The translations under genes and the position numbers were made by a program. From Spirochaetota bacterium (GTDB lineage Bacteria > Spirochaetota > GWE2-31-10 > JAFGQB01), in the NCBI GenBank assembly GCA_016935915.1, contig JAFGQB010000009.1:99-64098 (forward strand): DNA of 64,000 bases, read 5' to 3'. The notes under the pieces were generated by a model. The model saw nothing but the letters and a program-made list of their open reading frames with translations, had not been told where the DNA came from and ran no database searches. Positions 50,267-58,800 of the stretch are shown piece after piece. Every line of letters starts with the position of its first letter. Positions within the stretch are counted from its first letter, which is position 1.

Positions 50267-52411
50267 TTAAAATAAAATATTGATTTCCATTGCTATTGTG
50301 TTATTGTTTTTAATCTTGATATAACCTGCAGTCTGTATTTGTTTATTATAATATACAAAACATGGTATTGAGCAGAATATCAGAACAAGTCCGGTGCCTA
50401 AAACACATCCTGCTGCAACTCCAAGTCCTATGGTGTTCTTTTCAATCTGGCTTTCGGATATCATCATCCTTGCAAACGGACCTATATAGTAAATAGGTGT
50501 TGCAATTGCTAAAATCAAACCAATACTGCTGGTAATAATACCGCTTACCAGCAGGCCTGTACCTGCATATCTGTAATTCTTGAGCTTTTCGTAAGCTATT
50601 GCATATTTTATTACTATTTCAGTATCCTTATTTTGTTGTAAGCTGAATGTTTTTTTAAAAGTGTCATATCCTGATAAATCTACTTTCAATTCATAACCTG
50701 TACCGACAGGCAATTGAATTTTTTCTTCTTTAACCTTATCCGTATAATCTTTGCCGTTTATGAAAATCTTGGATCCTGTCTTTAAAGATTTTAAGACTAG
50801 AGATGATGTAATGTATTCGAATGTTTCGGTTATTTCATAATCGCTTTCTTTAACTTCAATATTGATTTTTTTACTTATGATCGCAATACTGTTTACCTGA
50901 ACAGACCATTTACCTGATGATATCAGCAAGGTATCACCTTTTTTATATTTCAATGTTTTATCTTTTCCCGATGTCAATATTATTTCGGCATCATTGGGGA
51001 GCTCTTCTTTGAAAGAAAGCTTATAAGCTTTTTCCAGTTTTACTGCAAATGAAGTTTTTTTAAAATTTTCAACTGTAACTGTTTTTTCTATCTGCACATA
51101 ACCGTCAAGTTTAATGATAATTTTTTTCTCACCACCTTCAATTTTATCCGCTTCATAAGGTGTCTTGCCTACAAGAACATTATCTATATAAATATCAGCT
51201 TTTTCCGGAGTTGATTTTATTGACAATGAACCGGTTATTTTTTTCATTAAAGGCACATATAATGCTGCTCTTCCCCCTGTATTTTCAACATAAACTTTCT
51301 CTTCAGAAATTTCTTTTTTTGACACAATTTTAATTATTGAAGATCCTACAGGGATGTTCATGGTTAACGGGGCAGATCCGATTAATCTTCCGTTTAAATA
51401 AACTTTGTGATCGCTGCTTTTTTTTATTATTACCCTGCTTGAAAGTATAAGCTCACCTTTAGATGTATATCTTTTTTTTACTATTGATATTGCGTCTTTT
51501 TCATTATTTTTAAATATGTAGGGAACTTCATATTTTGTTGCGAACTCTCTGATTTTTTTTGTTGGGATTGCAAAAAAGATATTATTAGCCCCCCCAATCA
51601 TAGCTGTATTAATACCTATAACTTCACCTTTTGTACTGAACAGTGGTCCTCCGGAGTTTCCGAAGTTAATGCTTGCTGTGTGCTGAATCCCAAGGTTATC
51701 GCTTCTTAAAGATGATATTACACCTTCTGATAAAGTAGATTTAAAATCTTTTAAGAATCCAAGTTTATCAGGCAGCGGATAGCCAATTGCAATGACTTTC
51801 TGACCGACTTTTAAATTTTCTGTTTCCCCGAAAGGTATTGCCATAAAATTAGCATTTATGCTATCGATCTTTAAAACCGCTATATCCATATCCTTGTCAA
51901 GTTTTATAAGTGTAGCGGTATAATCTTGTGTATTATCGACCTTGACATGATATTTAATCTGATAGTTAAAAGCTAAAGTATAAAGATCGTTTTTTAATTT
52001 ATTGAATTCTGCATCGTTCATAAGTGATAGAGGTATAATTCTGTTAAAATAGGCAACTAATGAATTGTATATTCTGTTTTTAACTATTTCAGGATCAGCC
52101 TTTTCATCTTCCTGACTATCTTCAAAAACATGAGCATTTGTTAAAACAATTCCGTCTTTAGTAACTATAAATCCGCTGCCTGATGATAGAGGTATATAAT
52201 TATCCAGAAATTTTTCCTTAAATTCATTTTCTATCTTCTGGAAAAGATCATGGTTTTTTACCAATTTTGAATCAAAATAGACTGAATGAGACACATAAAC
52301 AACAGCACTACTGTAATAATCAAATACTTCATCAATACCAAAATCCTGGCTTGAAACAAAATTCAGTAAATTTATGATTATTATAATTATTAATACAATT
52401 TTTTTGTTCAT
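50267..52411 (-). CDS. Exported trypsin-like (S1C) serine protease with PEGA domains and C-terminal hydrophobic hairpin
   Basis: SGSGF, LTNAHV, DIAVLK, GNSGGPL triad; PEGA pattern SLSIKSTPEKADIYIDN...GKTP. Confidence 0.9.
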   Translation of the reverse strand: MNKKIVLIIIIIINLLNFVSSQDFGIDEVFDYYSSAVVYVSHSVYFDSKLVKNHDLFQKIENEFKEKFLDNYIPLSSGSGFIVTKDGIVLTNAHVFEDSQEDEKADPEIVKNRIYNSLVAYFNRIIPLSLMNDAEFNKLKNDLYTLAFNYQIKYHVKVDNTQDYTATLIKLDKDMDIAVLKIDSINANFMAIPFGETENLKVGQKVIAIGYPLPDKLGFLKDFKSTLSEGVISSLRSDNLGIQHTASINFGNSGGPLFSTKGEVIGINTAMIGGANNIFFAIPTKKIREFATKYEVPYIFKNNEKDAISIVKKRYTSKGELILSSRVIIKKSSDHKVYLNGRLIGSAPLTMNIPVGSSIIKIVSKKEISEEKVYVENTGGRAALYVPLMKKITGSLSIKSTPEKADIYIDNVLVGKTPYEADKIEGGEKKIIIKLDGYVQIEKTVTVENFKKTSFAVKLEKAYKLSFKEELPNDAEIILTSGKDKTLKYKKGDTLLISSGKWSVQVNSIAIISKKINIEVKESDYEITETFEYITSSLVLKSLKTGSKIFINGKDYTDKVKEEKIQLPVGTGYELKVDLSGYDTFKKTFSLQQNKDTEIVIKYAIAYEKLKNYRYAGTGLLVSGIITSSIGLILAIATPIYYIGPFARMMISESQIEKNTIGLGVAAGCVLGTGLVLIFCSIPCFVYYNKQIQTAGYIKIKNNNTIAMEINILF

Positions 52412-52661
52412 TCATATTCTCCTTGTTTGATATTTAAAATTAATATTAACAAAATTATTTTTATATGTAAATGTTAATAAAATTTAACACAAATTAAATA
52501 AATTTCTATTTTTTTTTTGAATTTTTTTTTTTTTATTAACTTCAAATCATGTTGATCTCATGTATTAAAGCAGTCTTACCGAAAATTTTTTACAAACTAA
52601 TCGGCTGTTATAATAAAATTAAATCATTTGTAATTAAAACTATTTATTGAAAAACTGATAT

Positions 52662-52720
52662 ACAGTGATGTCACTGTTCTTCTTATATCCCTTGACACTT
52701 CAGTAAAACTTTTATATAAC
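52662..52720 (+). promoter_or_regulatory. trpBA promoter with upstream palindrome
   Basis: ACAGTGA-TG-TCACTGT (52662-52677); TTGACA (52692)-N17-TATAAC (52715-52720). Confidence 0.65.
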
Positions 52721-52753
52721 AAAAATCATCTCAAATTACTTAAGAGGCACTCT

Positions 52754-54007
52754 ATGAAGGACATAAGAATTGAAAGTGATAAGGGTTTTTTCGGGCAGTT
52801 TGGCGGTAGATATTCGGCAGAGATATTAAGACCGGTTCTTCTGGAGCTTGAAGAGGCTTTTTGTAAATATATAAAAGACAAGAACTTCTTAAATGAGTTC
52901 AATGATACATTGAAGAATTTTGTAGGAAGACCGACTCCTCTTCTTTTTGCGGAAAATGCAACCAGAGAGCTTGGTGGTGCAAATATCTATTTGAAGCTTG
53001 AAGGTCTTGCCAATACAGGCGCTCATAAGATCAATAATGCAATAGGACAGGCACTTTTGGCAAAAAAAATGGGTAAGACCAGGATCATTGCGGAAACAGG
53101 GGCAGGTCAGCATGGTCTTGCAACGGCATGTGCTTGTGCAAGACTGGGACTGGAGTGTGAAGTTTTTATGGGCGAAGTGGATATCGCAAGGCAGCGCCCC
53201 AATGTATTCTGGATGGAGCTTTTCGGAGCAAAAGTGACTCCTGTTACAAGCGGAACAAAAACATTGAAAGATGCTGTAAATGCCGCTTTAAGAGAATGGT
53301 CTGAAAGAAAAATGGACACTCATTATCTCTTGGGAAGTGCACTGGGACCCTATCCGTTCCCGGACATGGTGAGGGAGTTTCAGTCTGTTATCGGAAGGGA
53401 AACAAGAGAGCAGTTCAATGAGCAAAAAGGAGGACTTCCTGAAGTTTTGATCGCATGTGTAGGAGGAGGTTCAAATTCCATAGGTTTTTTTTCTGAATTC
53501 TTAAATGAAAATAGCGTAAGAATGATAGGTGCCGAAGCAGGTGGAAAAGGAGATAAACCCGGTGAAAATGCATCAAGAATCGCAGGACCCGGTACATTAG
53601 GCATAGTACAGGGATATAAGTCTCTTTTTCTTCAGGATGATGAAGGGCAGCTTCTTCCTACCCATTCGATCAGTGCAGGTCTTGATTATGCAGGGATCGG
53701 ACCACAGCTTGCCTATCTTGCACAGATCGGCAGAGTTGAGTTCACAAGCGAAAAAGACAGCGAGGTTATAGAGGCTTTTAAGTTTTTTGCAAAAACCGAA
53801 GGGATAATTGCAGCATTGGAATCAAGCCATGCATTAAGCTCCTGCATTAAGATAGCAAAAAAGATCGGTAAAGGTAAAAATATTATTGTGAATATATCTG
53901 GAAGGGGAGACAAGGATATTTTTATAACGGCTTCAGCAATGAATGACAATAAATGGTTTCAATTCTTAAAAGACGAGGTTAAGAGGCATGAACAAAAAAA
54001 CAAATGA
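52754..54007 (+). CDS. trpB: Tryptophan synthase beta chain
   Basis: GRPTPL, GAHKINN (PLP Lys), AETGAGQHG, GGGSN, SISAGLDY, ALESSHA, SGRGDKD. Confidence 0.97.
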   Translation: MKDIRIESDKGFFGQFGGRYSAEILRPVLLELEEAFCKYIKDKNFLNEFNDTLKNFVGRPTPLLFAENATRELGGANIYLKLEGLANTGAHKINNAIGQALLAKKMGKTRIIAETGAGQHGLATACACARLGLECEVFMGEVDIARQRPNVFWMELFGAKVTPVTSGTKTLKDAVNAALREWSERKMDTHYLLGSALGPYPFPDMVREFQSVIGRETREQFNEQKGGLPEVLIACVGGGSNSIGFFSEFLNENSVRMIGAEAGGKGDKPGENASRIAGPGTLGIVQGYKSLFLQDDEGQLLPTHSISAGLDYAGIGPQLAYLAQIGRVEFTSEKDSEVIEAFKFFAKTEGIIAALESSHALSSCIKIAKKIGKGKNIIVNISGRGDKDIFITASAMNDNKWFQFLKDEVKRHEQKNK

Positions 54008-54779
54008 TAAAATTAAAGAAATAAAAAACAGTGGCAGAATTGGATTCATGGGGCATGTTATTGCAGGATTTCCCGATTTTTCAAGTTCACTGCAGGCAGC
54101 TATGGGCATTTGTGAGGGTGGATCCGATTTTCTTGAAATACAGTTTCCTTTTTCCGACCCAACCGCAGACGGCCCTACCATTGAAGGAGCCTGTTATAAA
54201 GCATTGGAGAATGGATTTAAAATTAAAGACGGCTTTAAACTCATAGAAGAACTTAATAAAAAAAGTGATACGATTATATTAATAATGACTTATGCCAATA
54301 TAATTTTTAAGTATGGCATAGAGAATTTTGTTGAAAAATCTGTAGACGCAGGAGCATCCGGTTTGATTATTCCTGATGTACCTATTGAAAGGGATGAGGG
54401 ATTGAATGAAATAGCTTCAAAAAATCGGATCGATAATATTTTAATTGCAACTCCAGGGGACAGTGCTGAAAGGATAAGAGAGCTTTCAAAGGCAGGCAGC
54501 GGATTTCTCTACACTGTTGCCCGAAGAGGAATAACAGGTAAAAAATCCGAGTTCAATAAAGAAGCCAAAGAATGGTTTGAACTTGTGAAAAATAATTCTA
54601 CTCTGCCTATAGCTGTAGGATTCGGCATAAGAACAAAAGAACAGATCAGACAGTTAAAGGATTATTGTGATATTGCCATAATGGGCAGCCACCTGGTCAA
54701 TATCATTAATGATGCCTGTCAGAATAAAAAAGATATTAAAAATGAATTGAAACTTACTGTGGAAAATTTATTGAATTAA
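53988..54779 (+). CDS. trpA: Tryptophan synthase alpha chain
   Basis: LEIQFPFSDPTADGPTI, MTYAN, IPDVP, GITG, VGFGI. Confidence 0.95.
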   Translation: MNKKTNDKIKEIKNSGRIGFMGHVIAGFPDFSSSLQAAMGICEGGSDFLEIQFPFSDPTADGPTIEGACYKALENGFKIKDGFKLIEELNKKSDTIILIMTYANIIFKYGIENFVEKSVDAGASGLIIPDVPIERDEGLNEIASKNRIDNILIATPGDSAERIRELSKAGSGFLYTVARRGITGKKSEFNKEAKEWFELVKNNSTLPIAVGFGIRTKEQIRQLKDYCDIAIMGSHLVNIINDACQNKKDIKNELKLTVENLLN

Positions 54780-54915
54780 TTTTTTAAATATTTTTAAAGT
54801 ATTGAAAATATAATTTAAAAGGTATATATTTATTAAAAATAGCAAAAATTATTATCCCAATAGAATGATAAAAAATCTTTTTTTATTTTTATGAAAGGAA
54901 AGGATTTTTATACCT

Positions 54916-55758
54916 ATGAAGATTATATTTTGGGGTACAAGAGGATCTATCCCTACTCCAGGTAAATGGACCAATATATTCGGCGGCAATACTACCTGTG
55001 TTCAGATAATTTTGAAAAACGGAAAAACCTTGATAATTGATGCCGGCACGGGAATAAGACTTCTGGGCAATTACCTTGCAAAAAGGGAATTCCAAAAAGA
55101 CATTGTTGTTTTATTGACACATTCACACTGGGACCATATTCAGGGTTTTCCTTTTTTCGGACCTGCTTATGATCCTAAACAAAATATAATTATAAAAGGT
55201 TTTTCTTCATCATTTTCCATCTTAAAGGATATTTTTACCAATCAGATGCTGACCGCTTATTTCCCCATAAATTTTTCGGATTTAAAGGCACATTTTAAGT
55301 TTGAAGAATTATCTTTTGGAGTTGATCATACTTTCGGTTTGACAATCGAAGTGATCCAGAATGTCCACCCTGGGGGGAGCATAGGTTTAAAAATCATTGA
55401 GGATGATAAGATTTTTACTTTTTTGACCGACTGTGAACTTGAACCTGTTATCAAGAACCAGACTATGTGGAACGATCTATTAAAATTCTGTAAGGATTCT
55501 GATATATTGGTTGTCGATGGACAGTATCTTCCCGAAGAATTGGGTAAATTTGACGGATGGGGACATTCGACTTATGAACAGGACTGCAAGCTTGCCATTG
55601 AATCCGGTTCAAAAAAACTATTAATGACCCATCATGATCCTAGAAGAAATGATGTTGGTATTTTTCAGCTTGAAGAAAGAGCAAAAGCATTCATGAAAAG
55701 TCAAAACAGCAGTATTAAAGTCCGTGCTGCCAAAGAACAGGTTGTTTATAATGTATGA
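54916..55758 (+). CDS. MBL-fold metallo-hydrolase (phosphodiesterase-like)
   Basis: WGTRGSIPTPG, DAGTG, THSHWDHIQG, HPGG, WGHS, HHDP. Confidence 0.9.
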   Translation: MKIIFWGTRGSIPTPGKWTNIFGGNTTCVQIILKNGKTLIIDAGTGIRLLGNYLAKREFQKDIVVLLTHSHWDHIQGFPFFGPAYDPKQNIIIKGFSSSFSILKDIFTNQMLTAYFPINFSDLKAHFKFEELSFGVDHTFGLTIEVIQNVHPGGSIGLKIIEDDKIFTFLTDCELEPVIKNQTMWNDLLKFCKDSDILVVDGQYLPEELGKFDGWGHSTYEQDCKLAIESGSKKLLMTHHDPRRNDVGIFQLEERAKAFMKSQNSSIKVRAAKEQVVYNV

Positions 55759-56002
55759 TTTAAAATTTTTGCAATTAAAGAGAGAGTATAGAAATTTTAT
55801 TTCATATCAACGTCATTATTTATTGTTGAAAAAGATTTCTCATTTTTTTTGAAATAACATAAGTAAAAATGAAATGATAAAAAAATCAAGGTTAGGTAGA
55901 TATAATTTAGTTATATCAAATAAAAAATAGCATAATAAATTGAATTAAGTAATATCAGATAATGGAATAATGTGATAATAAAATACAGTATAAAATAAGT
56001 TA

Positions 56003-56071
56003 GAAAATCGGATTTTTCCGGTTTTGCCTTTGCACCAAAAAAAAGTGGAGTAAAGAACGGTTTAAAAAAAT
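56003..56071. repeat. Dispersed element copy E
   Basis: GAAAATCGGATTTTTCCGGTTTTGCCTTTGCACCA8GTGGAGTA...GGTTTAAAAAAAT; colinear with copy D. Confidence 0.62.
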
Positions 56072-56094
56072 CATTTTTTTTAGTCTGGGTTTGT

Positions 56095-58629
56095 TCAAAT
56101 CTTTTTTGATATATCAATAGAAGATAAATTATTCAGCATTTTGAAATGTTTGAAGAAACTTCGTTTTTCTTCTTCTGTGTCAATATTAAAAAGATCGGAG
56201 ATCAGTATTAGATTCCTGAACTGCATTAGATAGTGCATTTTTGTTTGTTCGTTTTGTTCAGTTTCTAATTTTTCTATCAGTTTGGGTGCCTGGATTTTTA
56301 AAAGTTTGAATATTTTATTTTCGGACCTTGATTTTTCGATTTTCATTTTTACTTTATAGGAGAACTCAATAAGTATCAAGGCTTTTTTATATATATCCGC
56401 TTCGAAATCATTATTTTCAGTTTGCAATAATTTATCATTAAGTATCAAACTAAACAGATTTGATAATTCTTTTGTATTGACTGTTATACCGAAATGATTG
56501 ATGAAATCAAAGATTTCAATCAATGTTTTATAAGTTTGTTTTTCAGGAAAATCTACTGTTGTATTACATATATCATAAAAATAGGACTCGGCTATAAAAC
56601 TAACTTGAGTTTTATAAATGTCTGGAAGATTTAAATTGTTTTTCAGATAAAAATCAAGAATGTTTTTAATATCATTGAAAAGTTTTTGAGTATATGAAAT
56701 GATTTCAGAAAATTTATCCTTGAAATTAAGTTTTACAATATAATTTTTTATCTCTTCGATAAGATCTTTTTCCGTATAAATTTCAGCATTTTTTTCTTTA
56801 TAATAATTATCATCTGTTCTGTTTTCAATAATATCATTTTTGATTTTATTCAATAATTCAAAATCATCCTTGTTTACCAAATAACTAGTAAAATTAAAGC
56901 ATCCGTTTTTTATGAAAATAAATAAGTATTCTCTGTTAACATAGCCCTGTTTATTAAACACTTTGATTGTTCCTTCATAAATGTTTTTATTATTGTCAAT
57001 GCTATGTTGTATATTGAGGTTTTCAAAGCCGTATGCTTCGAATATTTCAAAATTTTTGATATTTATATCTTTATTTAAAATAAATAAAGTGATTATATTA
57101 TTGGCAATGTGCGGCAGATTCTGGACATTGGGATATACCCAGTTATATAGTATCCATTTACCGTTATTTATTTCTTTTATATTTGACTCTGCTTTTTCAA
57201 GCATGTTTTCAAAGTTTGTTTTTATCCAGTCAATGTTGTTTTTCAAAAGATATATAGCTTTATATGCATATTTAATGTTCTGTACAGTTTCAATTCCTGA
57301 AAGTTCGGTAAAAAACCAACCGCATGAAGTGTACATAAACATTGCATTTTTCTGGCTTTCCAGAAGGGAAAGTATTCTGATAATTTCTTCCTTATTCAAA
57401 GTTTTATTTATATGTTTGCGTAAGAAATCCATATCCGACAGTTTATAATTGCTCAATATCAGCTCTATGTAATCATTTCGAAGAGCCCACGGATCATCGA
57501 CATAATTTGATATTTCGTTTTCATAAATAACATCTATTTCTTTTTTCAGATAATCAAAAGCATCTCTTAAAGGCTTTCTCCATTCCTGATTCCAGCTTTC
57601 TTTACCCCCTGTCTGACAGCCGCAGTTTTTGTACCATCTGCCTACACCGTGATAACAACTCCATGATGAACCCAGATCATCATCGCCGAGATTCAATTTT
57701 GTTTCATATTCTGCAGGATGCATTTCAAGATATTCTGCAAAATTTAGCAGCCTGATTTTTTTCTGATTCAAATGATATTCTTTAATAAGATGTGCCAGAC
57801 ACATATCTGCAAAGGGTTCATGATGACCATATATTTCACCGTCTGCAGCAATAACTATAATGTCCTTGTCATGTGATGCAGTATGCATAATAGACCTTGC
57901 GAAATTATCCGAGCTTTGCAGAAGGTGCTCAAAACTAACTGCTGTTGAGAGTCTTTTATCAAAATAAAAAGCCGTGATTTCTCCATGTTCAGTATATATT
58001 TTATAGGGACGCTTTGCCGGCAGATGATGGTGAGCCGTAACATCGTTCCATTTGTCTTCATGTATCTTTTTAAATGATTTTGCCTGATCAGGTGACAGTA
58101 TCACAAACTTTATGCCCTGATCTATCAATAGATTGACCGTTTCATAATCTATTGCGGTCTCACTCAACCATATACCTTCGCTATCTCTTCCGAATCTATA
58201 TTTGAAATCTTTTAATCCCCAGATTATCTGTGTGATTTTATCCTTTGTACTCTGCAGGGGCATTATAACATGATTATATATTTGAGCTATTGCATTGCCA
58301 TGACCGTTGTGTTCGGGAATAGATAATTTGTCGGCTTCGATTATAAGATCATAAATTTCCTTGTCTTTTTTTTCAAGCCAGTTTAAAAGTGTAGGTCCGA
58401 AATTGAAGCTTATGTATCTGTAATTGTTGATGATGTCAATAATCTTTCCTTTACTGTTAAGTACCCGTGAAAAACAGTTAGGAGCATAACATTCACTCGT
58501 GATCCTTATGTTCCAGTTTTTAAAAGGATATGCTGAAGACTGAGTACCGATCTGATCCGTCCATGGATCTTCTCTTGGGGGCTGATAAAAATGACCGTGT
58601 ATTATTGTATTTACCTGAAAATTATGCAA
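56095..58629 (-). CDS. GH57 family glycoside hydrolase with DUF3536
   Basis: HGHFYQPPREDPW, SFNFGPTLL, GIWLSETA, DGEIYGHH, SWSCYHGVGRW, MYTSCGWFF; TTG start with AGGAG RBS. Confidence 0.9.
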   Translation of the reverse strand: MHNFQVNTIIHGHFYQPPREDPWTDQIGTQSSAYPFKNWNIRITSECYAPNCFSRVLNSKGKIIDIINNYRYISFNFGPTLLNWLEKKDKEIYDLIIEADKLSIPEHNGHGNAIAQIYNHVIMPLQSTKDKITQIIWGLKDFKYRFGRDSEGIWLSETAIDYETVNLLIDQGIKFVILSPDQAKSFKKIHEDKWNDVTAHHHLPAKRPYKIYTEHGEITAFYFDKRLSTAVSFEHLLQSSDNFARSIMHTASHDKDIIVIAADGEIYGHHEPFADMCLAHLIKEYHLNQKKIRLLNFAEYLEMHPAEYETKLNLGDDDLGSSWSCYHGVGRWYKNCGCQTGGKESWNQEWRKPLRDAFDYLKKEIDVIYENEISNYVDDPWALRNDYIELILSNYKLSDMDFLRKHINKTLNKEEIIRILSLLESQKNAMFMYTSCGWFFTELSGIETVQNIKYAYKAIYLLKNNIDWIKTNFENMLEKAESNIKEINNGKWILYNWVYPNVQNLPHIANNIITLFILNKDINIKNFEIFEAYGFENLNIQHSIDNNKNIYEGTIKVFNKQGYVNREYLFIFIKNGCFNFTSYLVNKDDFELLNKIKNDIIENRTDDNYYKEKNAEIYTEKDLIEEIKNYIVKLNFKDKFSEIISYTQKLFNDIKNILDFYLKNNLNLPDIYKTQVSFIAESYFYDICNTTVDFPEKQTYKTLIEIFDFINHFGITVNTKELSNLFSLILNDKLLQTENNDFEADIYKKALILIEFSYKVKMKIEKSRSENKIFKLLKIQAPKLIEKLETEQNEQTKMHYLMQFRNLILISDLFNIDTEEEKRSFFKHFKMLNNLSSIDISKKI

Positions 58630-58800
58630 GGCTAAATCTCCTCTTTTAAGAAATTTCTAAAAAAAGGTCACTCTGTTAAAAAAAAGAATTATATTTTTAT
58701 ACTGTTTAATGTTCATGGCAATGAAAATTTTTGTGATTTTTAAGATATATTTAATTAAAAAGGTAGATATCTTATAGATCATTAAGTTCCCTTGTCCGAT

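Noticed and set aside
1344-52533. Poly-A/T tracts as phase-variation switches
   Set aside because: Such runs are ubiquitous at this AT content, and no frameshifted gene was seen.
52500-52753. trp attenuator or T-box
   Set aside because: No Trp-codon leader ORF or T-box motif is visible, and the promoter lies immediately upstream of the start.
45533-52792. Prophage or integrative element
   Set aside because: No integrase, transposase or phage genes, and no duplicated tRNA 3' end was found.
55911-56117. 68-aa minus-strand ORF after GH57
   Set aside because: It runs through dispersed element copy E and low-complexity AT sequence; there is no independent coding evidence.
29017-58800. Scattered GGGAC half-sites (about 29019, 32083, 39826, 40721, 45116) and a CTTGTCC motif near 58790
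   Set aside because: They may be REP relics, but matches are only 5-9 bp with no complete palindromes.
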